From Octopus sinensis (taxonomy: Eukaryota): a stretch of 64,000 nt of DNA. Below, one piece after another: positions 24,901-36,900 of the stretch (position 1 is the first letter of the stretch; each line of letters begins with the position of its first letter). The notes under the pieces are model-generated. The model searched no databases, had not been told where the DNA came from, and saw only the letters and a program-made list of their open reading frames with translations. The position numbers and the translations under genes are program-made. The DNA is taken from the NCBI RefSeq assembly GCF_006345805.1, contig NC_043006.1, forward strand, positions 24,056,001 through 24,120,000, in the 5' to 3' direction.

Positions 24901-27900
24901 TTTATCAGAAAGTCTGATCTTTATTTTATAGTTATGTACATTGTAGTATTAATCAGAATTAAGGAAAATAGGAATTGCCTGCAATAAGATATGGACTCAT
25001 GGTGTTGCAGTTTCTTTTTAATTTCTCCCATATCACTGAACTTGACCAAATAAGATTTTTTTATTCTGAAATGTTTGAACTTATAATTTTCTTATATACA
25101 ACACCTTAAATTGATTCTTCAGTTTTTCGAATTTAATATTGAACTTTGCCATGAAGTTACATTAGCTTAGATTAGGGTCTTGATTTTCATTTCTTGTCAA
25201 ATTTATCAATAAACTACAACCCTCGCCCTTTAAAATTTGTGGCCTTTAGTACTTTGTTGTTCCCTGTTCTTTTTGGCTTAGCTGGTGTATTGATTGATTT
25301 TAAACTTCTTTTCCTCTTTGCAGGTCAGGCTGGTCAGCAGCGAATGGTAAGAGATGGTGATAAAATAATGATGTATGTATGGAACACTAACAGTGAACAG
25401 TGGGATTTACTTGGGGATGTCACAGGATCAGGTAGCAATGACCATGCTCCACAAGGGAAAACATTGTACAAAGGAAAGGTTAGGACTTTGAAAATTTTTA
25501 TCGTTTTTTAAATTTATAATGCTGCTTTGCATTTCAGCCAATACCAACACAGAAAAAGTGGAAGTAAAAATGTGATGGGCCTTGAATGCAGAGAACTTAA
25601 GAAGACTGGAAAGAAATGAAGCTAGCATACTCTGTTGCATGTGCACTCTAAGTGTGCATGAATGATAGAATACAAATGAGTTGAGAAAAAAACTAGGCAT
25701 AAAAGAAATCAGATGCAGTGAGCAAGAAAGAAGACTGCGCTGGTATGGACATGTGATGCATATGGAGGACAGCTGTATAAAGAAGTGTGGATAGAGCTTG
25801 TGGAAGTGGGAGGCCCAGGAAGACATAAGACAGAGTTGTGAAGGTTGATCTCAGGACCTTGAACCTCAAGGCATTTGATGACTAATGGTGGACAGCGACA
25901 AGTCTCTCATCTGTATATGCTGCTGCAATGTAGGCCAATTCATAGAACTGTGCATGCAGGATGTCAAAATCTATTTTGAAAGTGTCAACATCAATTCCAC
26001 TAATATCCTCCTTATAATATAACTGAAGAGTTGTGGCCTTGTAACCCAGGGTGTTGTAGCACCTTGTGTCATTTTTGAGATGGCAAAAGTTTTGAAACTA
26101 TGCAATGGCACATAGTTTGGTACTTGCATTATTTTAAGCCCTAACAATTGATAGTTTATCAAATAGCAAATGAAGATTAGCAATGAATATAGTGATGAAT
26201 TCAGGGTACAAGTAAGGGTCCACCAAGGCTCAGTTCACAGCCCTGTCTTGTTCATCATAGTCCTCCAGGCAATAACAGAGGAATTTAAGACAAGCTGTCT
26301 CTGGGAGCTCCTCTATGCTGATAACCTTGCTCTTAGAGCTGAATCACCACTACCAGAACTAGAGAAGAAATTTCAGGTGTGGAATCAAAGAGCCTTAGAG
26401 TTAATCTAGCAAAAACTAAAGTCTTAGTAAGTAGGGAAGCAGATAAGTCACAAATCCCTTCAGGCGGATGATCCTGCTTAGTCTTTAGAAAAGATATAGA
26501 TAGTAATTCCATAAGATGTACCCAGTGTTAGCTATGAACACATAAGAGGTGCAGCAACATCAGATGAAGGTTAACAGGGAAACTAGTTTTTGTATGTGGA
26601 AGGTGCACAGGTACATTAAACACTACAAATGTACAGAAAATAGACTCCATCAAATGCCAGTGGGGAAAGCTAGAAATAGTTGATAGCTTCTATTATCTAG
26701 GTGACCAAGTCAGCAGTGGAGGTGGATGCTCCGAGGGCATAGCTGCTAGAATAAGAATAGGCTAGGCAAAGTTCAGAGAGCTCTTACCTCTATTGGTAAC
26801 AAAGGGCCTTTCCCTCAGTGAAAGGCAGATTGTATGATGTTTGTGTGCAAACAGCTATGCTACATGACAGTGAAACATGGGCTGTGACTGCCGAGGACAT
26901 GCGTAGGCTTGAAAGAAATGAAGCTAGTATGCATCGTTGGATGTGCACTTACACTCTATCATACATGCACACTAAGTGTCTTGAGAGAAAAGTTGGGCAT
27001 AAGAGGTATACAATGTGGTGTGCAAGAGAGATGACTGTCTTGGTATGGTCATGTGTTGTGGATGAATATGGACGGCTGTTTGAAGAAGTGCTAATCTGTA
27101 ACAGTGAAGGGAAGCTGTGGAAGAAGGAGACTGAGGAAGACATGGAACGAGGTGGTGAAGCATGATATTCAAATGTTGGGCTTCATGGAGGCAATAACTA
27201 GTGACCAAAACTATTTGGTAATATGCTGTGCTAGAGAAGACCTGTCCTGGCAAGTGAAATCATGGCCATTGTCAATGTCATAACTGGCATATAAAAAGCA
27301 CCTTTCAACAATAATAATAATAAGTACTTTTTTTGCAAATAATTTTATAAACAATAAGTTATACGTTTTTAGTTTTGGAATTTTTTATTTCATAAATATT
27401 TTCGGAATGATATCTATAATATTTATTTAAGTAATAATGGAGTAATTTATTTATTTATTTATTTATATGTTTATTGATTGAAAAAATATGGATTTTTAAT
27501 TGCTATATTTATTGATTATAATTTAGATATGTACTTTTATATAATTTTATGTGAACTAAAATCTAAAAATATTAAGTGTGATTGTTTTGTAAAATAGTTT
27601 GGTAATTAAATATTAGAGTATAGCTAGGTTAAAGATATTCTATAGTTTATTAATGTTTTTTATTAAGCTAAATTATATCTTCACAGATAAATACATTTTT
27701 CTATCTATTTACTCTTTTTTATTTTACCTTAACCCTTTCATTACCAAACCGCTCAAAGCCGCCCGAAAAAAATTTAGGTTTATGTGACCAAACCCGCCCA
27801 TATTTACCTATTCATATTTAAATGAGAATATCAGATCAAATCTCTTTAATACATTCGTGAAAACACCTGATTATACTTCGTAAACAGTTCATCTACAGTA

Positions 27901-30900
27901 TTGTACAATGATTGAAGTGTAATTTTAATTCCGTGAATTTTGGGAGATTTTTTTCCGAAATTTGTTCCTATTGTGTTTTCAAAATTTGTAATTCTGACAA
28001 AAAATGGATATGAATTTCATTATATCAAGCAGCGAGTCAGAATTCGAAGGCTTTTCTACTGAAGACCTTGATAAATCTAACTCTATGACTGAAAAAAAAA
28101 AGCACGTGGTATTTGATAATGAATCTGATGTTTCATTTTCCGAAAATGAAACGGTGAATCTGAGAGCTCCGACAGCAATAGAGAAAATTAATTGGCACCT
28201 GAATGGAGTGAAAATTTTAAAACTGTTTCTTTCAGTGATTTTTCTGAAGAAACTGGACCAAGCCACAATCTTTCCCAGGAGAGTAAAGCCTTAGACTATT
28301 TCTTTTTACTTTTTCGAATGAGCCTATTTGAAATCATTACAGTGGAAACGAACCGTTACGCTAAATGTAAACAAAGCGAAAGAAAGGATACTTTGTGGTT
28401 TCCCACAACCTTAAATGAAATTAAGGCTTATTTTGCCATAAATGTTATTATGGGTATCAGAAAGTTACCCAGAATAACAAATTCTATAGTAAAATTTTGT
28501 TGTATACCCAATTGTATACCCAAATGGCTAATAACCCATTTTCTATAGCGATGTTTGAACAAAAATTTTAATAATTTTATATTTTGTTGAATTTACCTGT
28601 ATCTACCTGCAATTAGAGTCACTTTGTGACAAAAATTATAGTATAGAATTGGTTGAGAACATTTCATTAAATTATCTTCCAAAAATCACATTAATATATT
28701 GATAAATAAAAAAGTTATAGTTGTTTAATGAAACCAGACTAAATTTATGATTATGTTAGAAATTAATTGAAGCTTATAAGGGGTGTATTTTGGTCAGAAA
28801 TATAGTAACGAAAGGGTTAAATATTTAACATGATAAATGTATTATAGGCACCTGGTCCTAATGTTTTAAGTTTCGAATTTAGTTAATGGAGTTTCTTCTA
28901 TAAGAACAATCATGATTTTATTTCTTTAAGAAAGGCAGATTGTATGTTGTTTGTGTGCAAACAGCTATGCTACATGACAGTGAAACATGGGCTGTGACTG
29001 CCGAGGACATGCATAGACTTGAAAGAAATGAAGCTAGTATTCATCCACAACACATGACCATACCAAGACAGTCATCTCTCTTGCACACCACATTGTATAC
29101 CTCTTATGCCCAACTTTTTTCTCAAGACACTTAGTGTGCATGTATGTTTAATTCTATTTGCTTATTTATTTAACTATTATTGTTGACCTGAGGAGTGACT
29201 ATAATTTTAAATTGAATTGTTTTTCGATTAAATGTAAATTTAATTGTAATTTGAATTTAAATTATAGCCATGAAACGTACGTACTCTTTTTACTTATTAT
29301 ATATTGTTTATTCATTTTTGTACTTTTTGTGATCTAGTTATATGTTTTAAAATATATTTTATTTTTTATTTATGATTTGGTTTATGTCTATCGTTGTTTG
29401 AATTGCATAATAGTGGTTTTTCTCTAATTTATACATATTCATATTGTGAAATTTGATTTAATACTTGATTGAATTTTTCCCTGTAAGTTTGGAGTTATAC
29501 TCCCTAATATTATATATATATATATAAATGTTTTCTTTTTCTATTTTCAGGAATATGATTATGTTTTTAGTGTGGACATAGACCCAAATGTCCCAGCTTT
29601 GAAATTACCATACAACCTAGATGAGAATCCATGGTCAGCGGCAAACGAGTTCTTACAGGCCAATGACTTGAGTCCAATGTTCTTAGACCAAGTAGCTAAG
29701 TTTATTATCGATAACTCTAAAGCAGCCCAGCCACATGTTGTTTCAACACAAGCTTACAGTGATCCTTTGACTGGTGAATATAATTTTAATCTAGTTTCAT
29801 TGACATACATACAAACACACGAATGCAATCTTGATTTAAAGCAAAAAAAAAGACACAATGAGGGAATCATAGAATCGGTGAGCATCAGACAAAATACCTT
29901 ATATGTGGTTATGTTCTGAGTTCAAATGCTACCTAGTCTACTTTGGCTATTATCCTTCCAGGTCAGTAAAATGTAATCCATAGTTAATATAATCAACTAT
30001 ACCCCTAGAAGCTTGTACACCTAGGGACTGAAACCAATAAACAAATATAAATATTAACATTACTGTCTTTCTTGTCTGACATGTTCAGTGGCAATGCAAA
30101 ATGGTGTCCCATAATGAAATTACAAAAAGGCTAAAGTTTAGAAACTTGACTACAGAGTAGATGGTCATAAGCCCACATCTTCCTGAAGCCATATTGAGTT
30201 CCAGATCAAAGTACACCATTCTGTTTGTTCCAGTTCATCTAACTGACAAAAAACAGGTTTCGTGTGTACTGATGACTAGCTATGGAAAAAAGAATTGTTC
30301 CAACAGCAATACCTTCATGAATGTATAAAATATTTCATATAAAATAATGATGTATACACACTCACACACACACACACAGATATGGGTGCAAGTATAGTAT
30401 GATTAAGAAATTTGCCTCTCGTCGCAGCAGTTTCTAGTTCAGGCCCACTACATAGTATTTTGGGCTTGTGTATCTGCATACACATACACACAAACACTGT
30501 CCATTGCTTATAAGAATTCTCTTGGAAGGAAAATAGTATTGGGGAGGGGGTACATTGGAGTTTATGGTAGTAACTAAAGAGCTTAAAACAATTAAAACTA
30601 TATTGTTTTCTGTTGGGATTTTTTTTTGTTACCCTCTCCCTCTCTCTCTCTTTTGGAGAGGCACTGAGCACCTACACGCACATATACACACATGGCAGTA
30701 ACTTCCGCCTACCAAATTCAATCACAAAGCTTTGGTCGGCTCAGGGCTATAGTAGAAGACACCTGCCCAAAGTGCCACGCAGTGGGACTGAACCCAAAAC
30801 CATGTAGCTAGGAAGCAAGCTCCCTAACCACACAGTCATGCCCGCGCCTACTATATCTATATTGTTAGCTTAGGCGAGCTGGCAGAAACGTTAGCACGCC

Positions 30901-33900
30901 GCGCAAAATGCGTTGCCGTATTTCGTCTGCCGTTACGTTCTGGGTTCAAATTCCGCCGAGGTCGACTTTGCCTTTCATCCTTCCTGGGTCGATAAATTAA
31001 GTACCAGTTACGCACTGGGGTCGATGTAATCGACCTAATCCGTTTGTCTCCTCTGTGTTTAGCCCCTTGTGGGTAGTAAAGAAATATATATTGTTAGCTT
31101 AGAACTTTGTTTTTAATAATTAACCAAAGCCTATTTGTCTTTCAATAAGCAACCAGTAACTTTAGGTTAAAACTGTAAACCTAACATTTGTCTTTGGATC
31201 AAACATGTTATCAATTCATGCTGTTTTTACAATTTACATCACCTTTATTGTTGTGTTGAATACATTAACAGTCGTAAACACTGAGTTTGAGGTAAAGATA
31301 TAAGAATAACCTCTATTGTTGAATCCTGGCTGTCATTGAGTTATGATGCTTTTATAAAATATCAGCTCCGCTTTCATCATCATTGGCAGATTCTCTACAG
31401 CTGGATACTTTTCCTGTTTCCAAGCAAGCTAATATTTTCCTCTGGCTGAACATGTTTCCTTAGAAGATTGGAAACAAATAACACTACTGCTTGTATGATG
31501 ATGATGATGCTCTTTTAGAACTATCTCATGATGCCAAGGCAAGGAGACGCACACATATATACATTTATATACATGTTCATGGACTTTTTTCAGTTTCCAT
31601 TTACCAAATACACTCACAAGGCTTTGGTCGATCCAGGGCTAGAGTAGAAAACACTTGCCTAAAATGCCTTGTAAGTGGACGGAACCTGAAGCTATGTAGT
31701 TAAGCAAACATCTTTGACATGCAGCTGTACTTAAAATAAAATTGTTGCTGACATTTCCAAATGTCTCTGTATTTGTTTTATCTCAGTCTGTTTAATTTTA
31801 CAATAAACAAGCTAAATTACTCCAATTTCTCTTCTAGATTAAGATGATTTTTTAAAATTCTTTTTTACTATATCTTCCAATGTTGTCTAAAATATTCCTC
31901 TCAATTCTTTCTTTGCTTTGTTTTTTTTTAACAGGAAGTTCTCGTTATATACCACCAGATTTAATTACTGGAGATGAAACTCGTAAGTAATTTTTTTACT
32001 AAATTTTTCATAATGCTATTTGCAGTGTGTGTGTGTGTGTTAGATCTCAACCACAGAAAACTTCAACATCTCTAAGCAATCACATCCTCTATTAACAGAC
32101 AACCTGAAAAACACCCATCAATGTTGACACTACAAGTGAGAGTCTCTATCTCTAGTCTTTCTCTTATATTCATCTTGTACTGTGTGGATGCACCCTCACT
32201 ATCTCTCTCTTTCCAGATGGGGGAGAGCCTCATATCTCCACTTCAGCAAGAAACCTCTGTATCTTCCTCTATGATACTTTTACCTCCCTCAAAAGCATTC
32301 TGCCATTCAGTTGATGGGGTTTGTTTGGCAAGTCATTATTTGGTGACCTCACTAGTGGCAATGCCATGAAAAAAGCACTCAGTACACACAGTAAAGTGGT
32401 TGATATTAGGAAAGGTATCCAGCCATAGAAACCATTCCAGATCAGACATTGGCACTTGGCATAGTCCTCTGGCTTGTCAGTTCTTGTCAAACCATATGCC
32501 AACAATGAACATTAAATAATAATGATGATATAAAGTTTTGGGAGATGAAAAGAAAATTAAATTGCCATAACCTTACACTCCACTTGAGTACCATTTACTT
32601 TGGATGCAGCTTCTTTATTCCTTTGTCTGCTGAGGAATAAAACTAGAGGTTATTACTTAATCCCAAATCAGCCCTGATCAGGCAGATCTATGATCAAAGC
32701 CATTTCAATGACCATGCAGTCATTGTTCAAATATGATATATTTAGGATTACAGTAGTCATTATTCAATTGAATAAAGAAAAGAGGTTACAAGATTATATA
32801 ATGTGCAATGGTGTATGCTCAAAAATATGATGCCATTAGCTATCAAACAGTGAGCTTCTATTTAGTCAATGCTGAAGATCTGTTGGAGATCAACACAGCA
32901 TTGGTGCTACATCTGTTACTCAATGTTGACTATGTGTCATTATATACATGTGCAGGTCAGGGCAAGATTATTGTGAGAAAGACTTGCAACTACCCATGCA
33001 TACAAGTCTCTCCTCTACATAACAATGATACTTATTCAAGGAAAAGACAGCCAACATGGACCAGTACAGTTTGGCACAAGTTTAATTGCACATGTTACTG
33101 TTCGAATGCAAAGAGCTGCAACTGATCCCACAAGTCATCTCACTTGACCCTCTAAAACAGTCCCACCAATCCACCAACCTGGATCGGTATTTTTTTTATC
33201 GACCTCAATAGAATGAAAGGCAAAGTGGATCTCAGTTTGATTTTGAACTTAGTGTATAGAGAGTCAGAATAAATACTATTTTACTCTAGGCACAAGGCTC
33301 AAAATTTTTTTAGGAAGGGGAACAGTTGATTAGATTGACCCCAGTACACTACTGATACTTAATTTATCGACCCCGAAAGGATGAAAGGCAAAGTTGACCA
33401 TGGCAGAATTTGAACTCAGAACGTAGCAACGGATGAAATACCGCTAAGCATTTCACCCAACATGCTAACATTTCTGCCAGCTCGCCACTTTAATGTTCTT
33501 TTCTACTCTAGGCACAAGGGCTGAAATTTTGTGGGGAGGAGGCCAGTCGATTAGATCAACCCCAGTTTGCAACTGGTACTTAATTTATTGACACCAAAAG
33601 GATGAAAGGCAAAGTCGATCTTGGCAAAATTTGAACTCAGAGCGTAAAGACAAATGAAATACCGCTAAGCATTTCGCCCAGCATGCTAACGTTTCTGCCA
33701 GCTCGCCACCTTAGTCAGAATAAATATTATACAAGACATTCTCTCAAACACCCTAAAGACCCTGCCATGTAACTCCCTTAATAGAAATATTCCATTAGGT
33801 TCTGGTATTTAACATGTGTCAGTCAAAAGATAGTAAAACATTCTTTTGTTAATTGTTGTCGAAACTCTTTTATTCCATTGTAGTCTCTTCCTTTATTCAC

Positions 33901-36900
33901 AATGTTACTGGATCTCTCTCTCACACACACACGCACATTAAATTCAACAGTTTGGGTGCTGCTGCTCTTCCTTTATATGAATATAAGAAAACTTAAATCA
34001 TCTGACATGAAGTTGTTGAATATGGTATATATGTAGCTAGTATTATTTGAGGCAAGATCTACTGTTGATCAACTTGCCTTTCTGAAATCCATAAAATATT
34101 TACTATTAAGTCATCCTCTTCATCATTTAATGTCAGTTTTCCATGCTGGCATGGGTTGGAATATCCTTGTTATTAAATATTGGTCAGGTTGTCTATGCGG
34201 GAGTCATACCCAACAGTTGGTTAGTAACATTATAGTCAACTGCTACAAATGCAAAGGTGATATCTTAGACAGAAATAATTATAGAGGCATCAAATTGTTA
34301 GACCAGGTGATGGAAGTCACAGAAAGGATCCTAGTTCAATTAATTCTAGAGCATTTGTGCCTGAAAAGCATAGAAAAGTTGTTTTTTTCTACCTTACATA
34401 ACTTATCTCATCCTGGTATTGGAACTTCATTAAAATTAATATCAAGTCGATTTGTTTACCTGGTATGAATAAGGATATTCGTTCTTGGGTTCAAAAAGCA
34501 AAAGTGAATCATCACATTAAAGCACCATTAGGTACTTTTGCAAATCCTTATGCCAGATTCCAACACATTCATATTGACATAATTGGACCATTGCCTCTTG
34601 TGGAAGGTAGTAGTTATTTGTTAACATGTATGGATCGTTTTTCACAATGGCCAGAAGCTTATCCAATCAAAGACATATCTGCGGTGACTATAGCAAGAAC
34701 TTTATTTACCAATTGGATGTCCAGATTCAGCATACCCAACATATTGACAACAGATCGTGGAAGACAATTTGAGTCTACAATTTTCACAGAATTTAACAAA
34801 TTGTTGGAAATTCATAGAATTCGTACTACTTCCTATCATCCACAATCTAACGGTATGACAGAAAGGTTTCATAGGCAGTTGAAAATCTTCATTAAGAACT
34901 TATTCTGATTCTCACAGTTGATTAGAAGCCTTACCATTGACATTGTTGGGAATCAGAAGTGCTGTCAAAGAAAGTTTACAATATTCTCCTGTTGAACTTC
35001 TGTACGGAACATTAACTCTACCTGGTCAAATGTTTGAAGAAACCAATTCTTTTAACGGAGATATTAACAATTATGTAACCCAGCTCAAAAGATTTCTTTC
35101 TGATGTTCCTTCTTTTACAAGTAAATTACAAAATATCAAAAGTTTCGTCTCTTCCGATGTTAATTCTTGGATTCATGTATTTGTACGTAATGATGCCAGT
35201 CATCATTCACTGAATTATAAATACACTGGACCTTTTAAAGTTTTGTCAATTAAAGATAAAATTATGACTTTGGATATGCATGGTCAAAAGGAAGTTGTCA
35301 GTTTAGACAGTTAAAAAGGCTTATTTTGACCAGTCTTAATGTCACAAGAATAAAAATTTAAGCAACACATTTCAAAATATCTCCAAACAGAACATTTCAC
35401 AAAACAGCAAACTTAAGGTTGAGGAAAAGATCCACAAGTCAATTTTAAAATCCCCTACCAGCAAAAAGAAAACTAAAAGTGGTAGAATTGTACATTTTCC
35501 CAAAAGACTTTCTCAGTTTGTTTGAATATATTCCTCGTGGACTTTTATGTTCCTGGAATTTTTTTTTTTTAAATAAGATTTCATAATTTTTTCCAGAGAA
35601 ATTATATTGAACATTTTCTATGAATGCTGTATTGTTGTAAAACTATGATGCGTGGTTATTTTCATATGTTCAACATGTGGATACATTTGTAAATTTGTAT
35701 ATTTGACTTGCTAAAAATATTAATTCCAACTATGTATTGAAATATATTTGTATTATTATTTTTTTTCACAAAATTTTAACAATTTGTTTGGTTGAGGGCA
35801 TATGTAACAAGTTATAATAAACCTTTATCGGTGGTAATAGGACATCATGGTCATGTTGGCTGAATAGGTATAATTGTTAGTTTCCCATTGGTTAAAATTA
35901 CTGCCCATATTTGAATTCCAGCTTTCGCCAAAGAGAAATCTTTCACAAAATACAGTTCTTAGAATTCAGGTATGAGCAGTTATAAAAATCCTGATTTTTT
36001 GGAAATTAATCAGTGTTTGTTGGTTGTCACTCGATTCCACGACACTCACTCTCTTGAGATATTGGCTATTGCCATGCCATGTCTTTTATTGTTGTTTAAA
36101 ACTCTTGTAGTTTAGTTATGGAAGAATTAGTTAATATAAATTTTATGTCATGACTCTCTACAACAGTCTTCTTTTGACTTATTAAAATGTACTGCAAATA
36201 TTAAATGTACATAAATAAACTAATTTAGTAAATAATTTCTTTTTCTTCATTTTCATCAACCTGTTGATGAAATTTATTTCTGCAACTATGAAACTTTATT
36301 ATAGCTATGAAAAAGAGCAAGCTTTATTATCTTCAACGTACATGCATGTTCAGCATCTTGGGGTGTATAATTCACTGCAGTATTTACGCAGCCTGAGTTA
36401 AGATTTGTGTATGGTGATAAATACTTATTAAGTTATAAGTGATGGATTAACCACCATAGATTTCTACTCAAGAAATAATTATATTTATTATCTCTTCCAA
36501 ATTGGCGACCAACCGATATGGATTCCGAATTCTACTTGGGAGAATAATAACTGTTATATGTCCATTATGGCATATTAATTCTTATAAAGAAGGTATTACA
36601 TCTGAGAGCTTTGGAGGAAGTATCAATGTTCATAGTTTTTTCAAGTACCATGACATGGTTACAAATTAGATAATTGAAATAAACTCAATGACCCAACTTG
36701 CTAGAAACTTATCTCTTTCCACTTACCCTAGATCTCACTTATTTTTATGGCTCTATTCAATACTGTTTACTTTTATTCACATTGTGTTCTTAGATTTATT
36801 TTGATATAGATGCAGTTGTGGATGTGTGGTAAGAAGCTTGCTTCCCAACCACAAGGTGCCGGGTTCAGTCCCACCTACTATAACCTTGGGGTCAACCAAA

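Noticed and set aside
34465-34908. Intact-looking integrase ORF as a domesticated gene
   Set aside because: It is flanked by frameshifted pol sequence, lacks the zinc-finger cysteines, stops prematurely after the core, and is followed by a PPT and LTR.
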